Positions 18,959-27,098 of a DNA stretch of 64,000 nt are shown here, piece after piece. A program made the position numbers and the translations under genes. The stretch covers positions 2,657,336-2,721,335 of the forward strand of contig CAVXGU010000003.1 of assembly GCA_963761615.1 (NCBI GenBank), written 5' to 3'. Source of the stretch: an uncultured Acidobacteriota bacterium. GTDB taxonomy: Bacteria; Acidobacteriota; Vicinamibacteria; Vicinamibacterales; CAVVIG01. Under the pieces are notes generated by a model. That model was not told the origin of the DNA. It did not search any database and saw nothing but the letters and a program-made list of their open reading frames with translations. Positions within the stretch are counted from its first letter, which is position 1, and every line of letters begins with the position of its first letter.

Positions 18959-18997
18959 GACCTTCAGGTCCGCCAACGCGACGCCGACCTGAAGGTC
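18959..18997. terminator. 12-bp inverted repeat between convergent PBP1A and murJ
   Basis: gaccttcaggtc (18959..18970) and gacctgaaggtc (18986..18997) are exact reverse complements separated by 15 nt. Confidence 0.5.
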
Positions 18998-19024
18998 GGC
19001 CGCCACCGCGAAACGAAAACCACT

Positions 19025-20623
19025 TTAGCGGGCCGCCGAGACCCGCAGCCGCCGCAGGACGCGGTCCACGGCCTGCCGCGCTTCCGGGAGCCCGAAGGCC
19101 AGCGTCAATCCCAGGAACACGAGGCCGTAAGGTCCGAGCACGAGCACCGCGATGATCACCGGATGCCAGGCGGGCAGCGAGAGCTTCGCGGCCCACGCCA
19201 CCCCCACCGCGACCAGGGCCGCCAGCCACAGCTGCGAGGTGTACCGCAGGGGCAGCCCCGTCCGTCCGATGCGCCGGTTAAGCGCGCGGCGGAGCAGGTA
19301 GAACTCGATCCAGCCGGACAGCCCGGCCGACCCTGTCAACCCGACGGCGCCCCAGACCGCCGGAATTCCGAGCGCCCGGGGCAGAGGAAAGGCGCACAGG
19401 TATCCCAGGACGGTCGTGCAGGAGACCCGCACGATGGCGAACGCGAGCGGCGTACGCGTGTCGCGGAGCGCGTAATAAGTCGACTGATAGAGGCGGCCCA
19501 GCGTCGAGGCGAGGAGCCCGACGGACGCGCCCGCCAGAATGCCCCAGACGTAGACGGCATCGGCGTGCCGGAAGCGTCCCGTCTGGAGCAGCGCGGCCGC
19601 GATGACGTCGCCGAGTCCGAGAAACGCGACGGCCGAGGGCACGACGAAGAGCGCGATCTGTCGCAGGCCGGCGTCCAGCCGGGCCCGCAGCGGCTCGGTG
19701 GCCTGCTCACCCACCGCCACACCGGACATCGCGGGCAGCTCGGCCGCCGCCACCGACATCCCGAACAGACTGATCGGCAGCGTGTAGAGGAGCTGGGCGT
19801 TCGAGAGACCGGTCACCGCCCCGGTCGGCAGCAGGCTCCCCAGCAGGGCGTCGACGTACGCGCTCACCTGCACAACGCCGCGGCTGATGAACACCGGCAC
19901 GAAGTTGCGGGCGACCTCGCGGACGTGCTCCGACACCACGTCGAGCGCCAGGCGCAGCTCCGGGGCGACACGAACGACGACCGGCAGCTGCACGGCAAAC
20001 TGCAGCACGCTTCCGCCGACCGAGCCCCACGCGAGGATCACGGCCAGCCTCGGCAGCGGGGTGCCGGGTCCGAACATCACGAGCGTCGTGATCATCGCGA
20101 GGTTCCAGACCACCGGCGCCGCGTAGGAGAGCAGGAAGCGATGATGACTGTTGAGAACGCCGAGGCACCAGGCCGACAGCACGAGCGTCCCCGCGCCTGG
20201 AAAGAGGATCCGGACGATGATGATCGTGAGCGCGCGCTTGTCGCCGGTGAAGCCCGGCGCGATGGCCCTGATGAGCAGCGGCGTGGCCACCACGCCCACC
20301 AGGACGATGAGGCTCACCGAGAGCGCGAGCAGCGACGCGACGGCGCCGGCCACGCGGTCGGCCTCGCGATTCTCGCCGCGCGCCACCAGACCGGCGTAGA
20401 CGGGAATGAAGGACGCCGACAGGGCGCCTTCGCCGAAGAGGTTCTGCAGGAAGTTCGGAATCCGGAACGCGGCGTTGAAGGCGTCGGCGGCATCGGACCG
20501 CAGGCCGAAGTCGTACGCGAACACGCGCAGCCGCACCAGGCCCGCCAGCCGGCTGCCGAAGATCCCGGCCGCCACGAGCACCGCCGCCGCCCGTCCGGTG
20601 CGCCTCGTCCCGGGCTTATTCAA
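19025..20623 (-). CDS. murJ: lipid II flippase MurJ (MviN)
   Basis: 532 aa, polytopic. SRLAGLVRLRVFAYDFG...AFRIPNFLQNLFGEGALSASFIPVY matches the MurJ N-terminal signature. Confidence 0.9.
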   Translation of the reverse strand: MNKPGTRRTGRAAAVLVAAGIFGSRLAGLVRLRVFAYDFGLRSDAADAFNAAFRIPNFLQNLFGEGALSASFIPVYAGLVARGENREADRVAGAVASLLALSVSLIVLVGVVATPLLIRAIAPGFTGDKRALTIIIVRILFPGAGTLVLSAWCLGVLNSHHRFLLSYAAPVVWNLAMITTLVMFGPGTPLPRLAVILAWGSVGGSVLQFAVQLPVVVRVAPELRLALDVVSEHVREVARNFVPVFISRGVVQVSAYVDALLGSLLPTGAVTGLSNAQLLYTLPISLFGMSVAAAELPAMSGVAVGEQATEPLRARLDAGLRQIALFVVPSAVAFLGLGDVIAAALLQTGRFRHADAVYVWGILAGASVGLLASTLGRLYQSTYYALRDTRTPLAFAIVRVSCTTVLGYLCAFPLPRALGIPAVWGAVGLTGSAGLSGWIEFYLLRRALNRRIGRTGLPLRYTSQLWLAALVAVGVAWAAKLSLPAWHPVIIAVLVLGPYGLVFLGLTLAFGLPEARQAVDRVLRRLRVSAAR

Positions 20624-21750
20624 GGTCGTCCGGAGTCGCCTCGCCCAGGGTGCCGCTGGCCCGCTGCATGAGGTAGGCCTTGATGAACTGGTCGATGTCG
20701 CCGTCGAGCACGCGCGTGACGTTCCCCACCGACTCCTTCGTCCGGTGGTCCTTCACCAGCTGGTACGGGTGGAGCACGTAGGACCGGATCTGGCTGCCGA
20801 ACGCGATGTCCTTCTTGGTGCCGCCGATCTGATCGAGCTTCGCCTGCTGTTCCTTCGACCGCAGGTCGTAGAGGCGCGCCTTGAGCACCTTCATCGCGGA
20901 GTCGCGGTTGCGATGCTGCGATCGCTCGTTCTGGCACGACACCACGATGCCCGTCGGCAGGTGGGTGATGCGCACCGCGGAGTCCGTGACGTTCACGTGC
21001 TGGCCGCCGGCACCGCTCGACCGGTACGTGTCGATGCGAATGTCCTTGTCCTCGACCTCCACGTCGACGTCCTCGGGCAGCTCGGGCCAGACGAACACCG
21101 ACGCGAACGACGTGTGCCGGCGCGCCGCCTGGTCGAACGGAGAGATACGCACCAGCCGGTGCACGCCCGCCTCGGCCGACAGCAGGCCGTACGCGTACTC
21201 GCCCGTCACCGTGAAGGTGGCGCTCTTCAGGCCGGCTTCGTCGCCCGGCTGGTAGTCGATCAGCTCGCGCTTGAAGCCCCGGCGCTCGGCCCACCGCATG
21301 TACATGCGGAGCAGCATCTCGGCCCAGTCCTGCGACTCGGTCCCGCCGGCGCCGGGATGGATGGTCACGATCGCGTTCATGCGATCGTGCTCGCCCCCGA
21401 GCATCTTCCGGATCTCTCCGGACGTCACTTCCTGCTCGAACGCGTCCAGCGCCTGCGCGAGCTCGCCCTCCACGGGCTCCCCGCCCTGCGCCCACTCCAC
21501 GAGCACCGACACGTCGTCGGTCCGCCGCCCGAGCGACGTGATGAGGTCGCGGTCCTGTTCCAGGCGGCGCCGGCGCTGCAGGATCTTCTGCGCCTCCGCC
21601 TGGTCCTTCCAGAAATCGGGCGCGCTCAGGCGCGCCTCGAGCCGGTTCAGTTCGTCCTGCGGGCGAGCGGCCTCAAAGATAGCTCCGCAGATCGGCGGCG
21701 CGCTTGCTGAGGTCTTCGTAGCGGCGGGTCAGTTCGTCGACAGTCGACAT
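20616..21750 (-). CDS. prfB: peptide chain release factor 2, requires programmed +1 frameshift
   Basis: ORF0 is MSTVDELTRRYEDLSKRAADLRSYL followed by TGA (21750..21673). The +1 frame continues EAARPQDELNRLEARLSAPDFWKD... through SPF and GGQHVN to 20616. Confidence 0.93.
21672..21686 (-). promoter_or_regulatory. prfB +1 frameshift site (internal SD GGAG, slippery CUU, UGA)
   Basis: The reverse strand reads GGAG C TAT CTT TGA G. This is the CUU UGA arrangement known from E. coli prfB, with an SD-like GGAG 4 nt upstream of CTT. Confidence 0.85.
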
Positions 21751-21757
21751 TGCTCTC

Positions 21758-21798
21758 CTCTAGGTTCTCGGGGTTCTCAGGGTTCGGGCGTTCCGGGG
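21758..21798 (-). repeat. tandem 9-nt repeats upstream of the prfB SD and start (GAGAACCNN units)
   Basis: The reverse strand reads CCGGAACGC CCGAACCCT GAGAACCCC GAGAACCTA GAG, followed by GAGAGCA ATG. The 19-mer GAACCCCGAGAACCTAGAG is identical to 32618..32636. Confidence 0.75.
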
Positions 21799-21811
21799 TG
21801 CGGAGTGCATT

Positions 21812-23371
21812 CTAACGTTGACGGGCGGGCTTTCGTACGGCGACGAGCAGCAGGGCCAGCGTCAGCGCGACGGACGCGTACGCGAAGACGTCGCCGTGGC
21901 GCACGTAGAAGGTCGCGTCGGTCAGGAACCGGACGTCGCCGGTCACCACCGCCGGCTCGAACAGACGGCTTTCCGCGAGCACCCGCCCGTAGGGATCGAC
22001 GATGCCCGACAGGCCGGTGTTGGCCGCTCGGATGAGGTAGCGGCCGTCCTCGATGGCGCGCATCGAGGCCTGCTCGAAGTGCTGGTACGGCGCCGACGTG
22101 CGGCCGAACCAGGCGTCGTTGGTGATCGTCGTCAGCAGCTCGCTGCCTTCCGCGACGAACCGGCGCACCAATGCCGGGTAGACGATCTCGTAGCAGATCG
22201 CGGTGCTGAACAGGTGGCCGTCGGCCTTCAGCAGGACGGCCTTCTCGCCGGGCGAGAAATCGGAGACGGCCTGGACGAGCGGGGCGGCGAAGAAGAGCAG
22301 GTGCTTGAGCGGCACGTACTCGCCGAACGGCACGAGGTGCATCTTCTCGTAGATGCCGCCCACGCGGCCGTCCGACTGGACCAGGTACGCCGCGTTGTAG
22401 TACCTGGTCTGATCGTCGCGGCGCACGACCTCGTTGCTGCCGACGAGAATCGCGGTCCCCGACTCGCGCGCGATCCGGCGGATGCGGCTGGCGTCGATCG
22501 GGTCCTCGTCGAAGCTGAACGGCGTCGACGACTCGGGCCAGAGCACCACGCGGGCTCCGGCGCCGATCGCCTGCCGGGTGAGCTGCAGGTACTCGTCGAA
22601 GATCGACGCCGCACGGGCAGGATCCCACTTCTCCGCCTGATCGACGTTGCCCTGGACGAGCCCGATCCGCACGCTCGTGCCCTCCCGCGTCAGATCGCTC
22701 CGCGCGACGCGGGCCCGCCCCCAGAGCGCGGCCCCGGCCAGCACGACCGCGACCGCCACCGGGGCCGCGAGGCGCCATCGCCCGCACCGGGGCAGCACGG
22801 CCACGACTCCTGCCGCGCTGACGGCGGCCACCAGCCCCGAGAGCCCGAACACGCCGAAGAGGCTGGCGACCTGCGCCACCGGCGTCACCGTGGTCTGGCT
22901 GTAGCCGAGGAGCACCCAGGGAAACCCGCCGAAGAGATGCGTGCGTCCGAGCTCGGTGGCCACCCACACGAACGGCGAGGCCACCAGCGCCGCGGGCCCG
23001 TAGGCCTGCACGAGCCTCCGTGTCACGACGGCGAAGAGAGCTGGGTACAAGGCCATGTACGCGACGAGCGCGGCGGCCACGGGCCACGCCGCCCACGGCG
23101 ACACGCCCCCGTACAGGGTCATGACCCCGCCGACCCAGTAGATGGTGCCGGCGAAGTACAGGCCTCCCGTCATCAGACCGAGAACGAGCGCGTGCCCCAG
23201 GCCGCGCGCCGCCGTGGGCGGCGCCGGAGAGAGTCCCGGTCGCGCCAGCGCCGCGAGCAGCGGTGCGAGGGCGACCCACGCGAGAACGGGGGTACCGAAA
23301 CGGGGAAAGCTGAGCGCGAGCAGGACGCCGGATGCGGCCGCGAGCGCGTAGTCGACCTGGCGTGCCCGCAA
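21812..23371 (-). CDS. lnt: apolipoprotein N-acyltransferase
   Basis: 519 aa with an N-terminal polytopic membrane domain and a CN-hydrolase domain (VVLWPESS, ICYEIVYP). The start is a TTG. Confidence 0.88.
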   Translation of the reverse strand: MRARQVDYALAAASGVLLALSFPRFGTPVLAWVALAPLLAALARPGLSPAPPTAARGLGHALVLGLMTGGLYFAGTIYWVGGVMTLYGGVSPWAAWPVAAALVAYMALYPALFAVVTRRLVQAYGPAALVASPFVWVATELGRTHLFGGFPWVLLGYSQTTVTPVAQVASLFGVFGLSGLVAAVSAAGVVAVLPRCGRWRLAAPVAVAVVLAGAALWGRARVARSDLTREGTSVRIGLVQGNVDQAEKWDPARAASIFDEYLQLTRQAIGAGARVVLWPESSTPFSFDEDPIDASRIRRIARESGTAILVGSNEVVRRDDQTRYYNAAYLVQSDGRVGGIYEKMHLVPFGEYVPLKHLLFFAAPLVQAVSDFSPGEKAVLLKADGHLFSTAICYEIVYPALVRRFVAEGSELLTTITNDAWFGRTSAPYQHFEQASMRAIEDGRYLIRAANTGLSGIVDPYGRVLAESRLFEPAVVTGDVRFLTDATFYVRHGDVFAYASVALTLALLLVAVRKPARQR

Positions 23372-23413
23372 GTCAGTGAGAGCGGCGTGCAGCCCGGCGC
23401 CGGGCCGGCGGCC

Positions 23414-24125
23414 TCACCGCGTGACCCAGGGCGTGAACCGTTCTTCCTTCTTGAGCTTCGCCGCCACGGTCTCGGCCTGGCGGCGGGTGGCGTACTTGCC
23501 GACGCGCACGCGATACACCGACGGCGCGCCGGCGGCCGGCATCACCACGTAGGCCTGATAGCCCTTGGCGGACAGCCGTTTCGCCATCGCGTCGGCCTCG
23601 GCCCGATCGCGCAGCGCGGCGAGCTGCAGCGTGAACCCGCTCCCGGCGGGCTCCGTAGCGGCTGCGGGCACGGGAGCCGGGGCCGGCAGTGCGGAGTGCG
23701 AGGTGGCATGCGCCGGCGGCGGAGGCGCGGTCTTGGCGGCGACCGCAGCAGCCGGCTTGGGCGCGGGCGGTGCGACCTGCGGCTTCAGCTGCTCCTTGGG
23801 GGGCTCGGGTCCTGTCGAGCCGGTTCGGATAGCTCAGCTCGTCGACCGGCGGCGGCGGCGCGGCCTTGGTGGGATCGCCGGCTGACGGCGCCGGCGTGTC
23901 GACGGCGGATGCCGCGACCGTGTCGGCGTGGACGTCGGCGACCGGCCCAGCCTCGGCCACGCCCGCAGCGACGATGCCGCGTTCGGCGCGGACGCCACGG
24001 CCGACCAGCACGCCGCAGAGGAAGATGACGACCGACACCACGGTCGCCGCCATGAAGAGAAACACCAGCTGCTTGCCGTTCAGCTGGATCTCATGGAAAC
24101 CATCGTCGTGTGTGTGTGAAGCCAC
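23414..24125 (-). pseudogene. SPOR-domain membrane protein, split by an apparent +1 frameshift
   Basis: The N-terminal TM part (HEIQLNGKQLVFLFMAATVVSVVIFLCGVLVG...ELSYPNRL) is in the frame starting at 24125. The Pro/Ala linker and SPOR domain (GFTLQLAALRDRAEADAMAKRLSAKGYQAYVV...YRVRVGKY) are in the next frame. The switch lies near the G6 run 23798..23803. Confidence 0.7.
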
Positions 24126-24192
24126 CGTGCCGGGAATTGTACCACGCCGTCTTCGCGCGTACCAGAGGGTACCGAGAGGGGCGCGCGCGAGG

Positions 24193-25812
24193 CTACGGCG
24201 ACTCGGAGGCGGCCGCCGCGAGGCGCCTCGCCTCGGCCGAGGCCGGGTCGAGCGCGAGCGCGCGCTGGGCCTCCGCTTTGGCCGACTCGGGATCCTTGAC
24301 GTCCAGGTACGCCTGCGCGAGCGCGACGTGGGCGTCGGCCGTCTCGTGGCTCCAGATCGAGATCTTCAGCTCGGCAATCGCGTCACGGGCCCGGCCGTTC
24401 CGGAGGTCGATGCGGCCCAGCAGCCGGTGCGCCTCGGCATCGTAGGGCGAGATGAACAGGACGCGATTCAGCTGGGCCGTGGCCTCGCGGTCGTTCTCCT
24501 GATCGAACAGCTGCCGGCCGCGCGCGAGATAGCCCGCCGCCAGCTCGCGCTGGTCGCGCGCGTCGCTCGACTCGAGGGTCGATTCGAGGCGCTCGGCATG
24601 CGGCAGCTCGACGTCGCCGCGCACGCGCTCGAGTCCGGACGGGACCGGATCCCCGGAGGGCGGACCGGTGAACTTCTCGTAGTCGGATGACAGCCGCCGC
24701 GCCAGCTCCAACTCGCGCGAGGCTTCCCCGGGGTCGCCCGACGCCGCGAGCGCAGCGCTGAGCACGAAGTGGGCGTCGGCGTCGGCCGCGTTGCGTCGCA
24801 CGGCCTCGCGCAGCCAGTAGACGGCCGCCTTGGCGTCGTGATTCCGCCAGTACGCATACCCCGCGTTGAATCGATAGTCGGGATCGTCCGGGTCGGCGTC
24901 GGCGGCGCGCGTGAAGAAGTACGTCGGCAGCCCCAGCTCGGGATTCGAACCCCGACGCAGCTGCACGACGCCGAGGTCGTTCAGGACCGCCGCGGTGGGC
25001 TGCTCGTCGGCCAGGGTCTTGAACGTTCGATACGCATCGTCGTACCGCTCGAGCCCGAGCTGCGAGAGACCCGCCGCAAAGCGCGCCTGGCGCGCCCAGG
25101 CCGAGCCGGCCGCGACGGGCGCGACCGTCGCCAGCGCCTGTTCGTGATCGCCCAGGTCGTCGAAGACCGACCACAGCGCGAGGCGGGCGCGGTCGAAGTC
25201 GGGGGCGAGCTTCAGCGCGTTGCTCAGGTAGTTGGCGGCGTTGACGGGCGCCTCGGCCAGCAGGCCCTTGATGTACAGCTCGAACGCGGCCACCGGCGGA
25301 TACGAGCGATGCAGAGGCGCCGTCGCCGCGACGTCGGGCGACGCGGCGACCGCCCGCGTCAGCCGCTCGGCCACGGCGAAGAGGTCGGTCAGCGCGCCTT
25401 TCTCGGTGGCCGTCCCCACCACGCGCGCCGTGTCGAGGTCGATCGTCCGCGCGTGGAGCACGAGCGTGTCGCCGTCGAGCTCGAGCGTGCCCATGACGAC
25501 CTGGCTGGCACCGACGAGCTCGCCGATGCGAATCACGGTCGCGTCGGTCAGCGACGCCGACTGCGGCACCTGCAGGCGGTCGAACGCCGCCTGCCGTTCG
25601 TCACGCGTGATCGCCCCGCCCCCCATCGCGCGGAGGTCCTCGGCCACGAGGACGGCCGCGCCCTCTCCCAGCCAGACCGCGCGCGGATCGCGCTGGACGT
25701 TGTCGAACGGCATGACCAGGATCCGCGGCACGCCGTCGGGCGCCTGGGCCGCGGCCGGGCCGGCGACGCCGACCGCCAGGGCCGCCACGAGCGTCGCCAC
25801 CGCGGTCTTCAC
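24193..25812 (-). CDS. exported tetratricopeptide (TPR) repeat protein
   Basis: A GTG at 25812 overlaps the upstream stop (GTGA) and gives the signal peptide VKTAVATLVAALAVGVAGPAAAQA. The C-terminal half has multiple TPR-like A..Y...G....A repeats. Confidence 0.8.
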   Translation of the reverse strand: MKTAVATLVAALAVGVAGPAAAQAPDGVPRILVMPFDNVQRDPRAVWLGEGAAVLVAEDLRAMGGGAITRDERQAAFDRLQVPQSASLTDATVIRIGELVGASQVVMGTLELDGDTLVLHARTIDLDTARVVGTATEKGALTDLFAVAERLTRAVAASPDVAATAPLHRSYPPVAAFELYIKGLLAEAPVNAANYLSNALKLAPDFDRARLALWSVFDDLGDHEQALATVAPVAAGSAWARQARFAAGLSQLGLERYDDAYRTFKTLADEQPTAAVLNDLGVVQLRRGSNPELGLPTYFFTRAADADPDDPDYRFNAGYAYWRNHDAKAAVYWLREAVRRNAADADAHFVLSAALAASGDPGEASRELELARRLSSDYEKFTGPPSGDPVPSGLERVRGDVELPHAERLESTLESSDARDQRELAAGYLARGRQLFDQENDREATAQLNRVLFISPYDAEAHRLLGRIDLRNGRARDAIAELKISIWSHETADAHVALAQAYLDVKDPESAKAEAQRALALDPASAEARRLAAAASESP

Positions 25813-26411
25813 GGCGCGTGCTCCACGGCCGTCGGGGCCATCGTCAGGGTGCACACCTCACTGCCGCTCCCGCGGCACGCGACGACTTCCGCATGGGCGG
25901 GCAGGCCGAACAGGTCGAGGAGCCGGGCGAACGCCGCGGCGTAGAAGCCGCACAGCGGGTGGCCGACCGGCTCGCGCACCGTGCAGAAGATCGAGGCGCG
26001 GACGTTCACCGTGGCGGTTCCGCGCCGGAGCCGCCAGGCCGCCGAGTTCCCGCGGTAGCTCTGGCGCACCAGCTGGCGCGCGAGTCCGAGCACGAGGCGG
26101 CGCCGCAGCCACGCCGGCGTGTTCAAGACGAACGACCGGCGGACAGGAGCCATCGACTCGACCGTCCACTCCGCGGCGTACTCGCCGGCCCGGGTCATCG
26201 TGGCATCGTAGGCGGCACCCTCCTGGCGCAGGAAGCTGAGGACGGCCGACACCGGCGCGACCCCGATCTTCCCGCCGCGGAGGCCCTCCGCGTTCAACCA
26301 GCTCTCGTAGAAGCCCAGGCGCGCGGGCAACACGTCGGCGATGCCCTGGTGCAGGCTCGCAACGAGCACGCGTCCGACGCCCGAGTCACGCATACGCCCA
26401 GAGCCGTCCAT
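25809..26411 (-). CDS. hypothetical protein, possibly V4R/hydrocarbon-binding-like domain
   Basis: The ORF is translationally coupled to the TPR gene. The C-terminal IFCTVREPVGHPLCGFYAAAFARLL...VACRGSGSEVCTLTM is reminiscent of V4R domains (weak recollection). The start is ambiguous (26411, 26393 or 26450). Confidence 0.45.
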   Translation of the reverse strand: MDGSGRMRDSGVGRVLVASLHQGIADVLPARLGFYESWLNAEGLRGGKIGVAPVSAVLSFLRQEGAAYDATMTRAGEYAAEWTVESMAPVRRSFVLNTPAWLRRRLVLGLARQLVRQSYRGNSAAWRLRRGTATVNVRASIFCTVREPVGHPLCGFYAAAFARLLDLFGLPAHAEVVACRGSGSEVCTLTMAPTAVEHAP

Positions 26412-26448
26412 CTGGTCCCGGGTGTTGGACGCACGGTAAGATCGTCCC

Positions 26449-27039
26449 ATGGTCAGCGCGGCGATCCTCGCCGGGGGCTCGGCCCGCCGGTTCGGCGGAC
26501 GCGAGAAGGGCCGGCTGCTCGTCGACGGCCGGCCCCTCGTCGAGTGGCAGCTGGCGGCCCTGGCGCCGCTGACCGACGATGTGCTGGTGATCGGACGGCC
26601 GGGCGCGGCGGAGCCGCCGTCCGGCGCGCGAGCGGTCGTCGATCGCGTCGCCGACCGCGGTCCGCTGGGCGGCCTCTACACCGCGCTGCTCGAAGCCGCC
26701 GGCGACCCGGTGCTGATCCTGGCCTGCGACATGCCGTTCGTCACCACGGCGCTGCTCGGCCGACTGCTCGAGCTCGCTCGAAACGCCGACGCCGCCGTGC
26801 CGCGCACCGATCGCGGGTATCATCCCCTGTGCGCCGCCTACGCACGCAGCGCGCTGCCGCCGATCGCGCGGCGACTGGCAGACGGCCGATTGAAGATGAT
26901 GGACCTGCTCGACGACCTCCGGGTACGCCCCCTCGACGCCGAGGCGCTCGCGCTGCTCGGGAGCCCTCGCCTCCTCGCCAACATCAACACGCCGGCGGAG
27001 TATCGCGAGGTCGAGTCGCTCCAAGTTCACGAACCGTAA
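26449..27039 (+). CDS. mobA: molybdenum cofactor guanylyltransferase
   Basis: AAILAGGSARRFGG.EKG and LILACDMPFVT are MobA signatures. Confidence 0.85.
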   Translation: MVSAAILAGGSARRFGGREKGRLLVDGRPLVEWQLAALAPLTDDVLVIGRPGAAEPPSGARAVVDRVADRGPLGGLYTALLEAAGDPVLILACDMPFVTTALLGRLLELARNADAAVPRTDRGYHPLCAAYARSALPPIARRLADGRLKMMDLLDDLRVRPLDAEALALLGSPRLLANINTPAEYREVESLQVHEP

Positions 27040-27098
27040 TCGTAGCACGAGCTTACCGGCATCGAAGGGCGTCCGCCGCGGGCGCCGGACGCGCACTC

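Noticed and set aside
16151-19006. 951-aa ORF on the minus strand
   Set aside because: It is entirely antisense to the well-supported PBP1A gene. Its translation is Arg/Ala/Gly/Asp-rich with no recognisable motif. This is the typical long spurious ORF of a GC-rich genome.
25818-27098. 427-codon N-terminal extension of the argS ORF
   Set aside because: The extension is Arg/Pro/Ala-rich noise. It overlaps the opposite-strand hypothetical gene and same-strand mobA (in another frame). Canonical ArgS sequence begins at the ATG at 27099.
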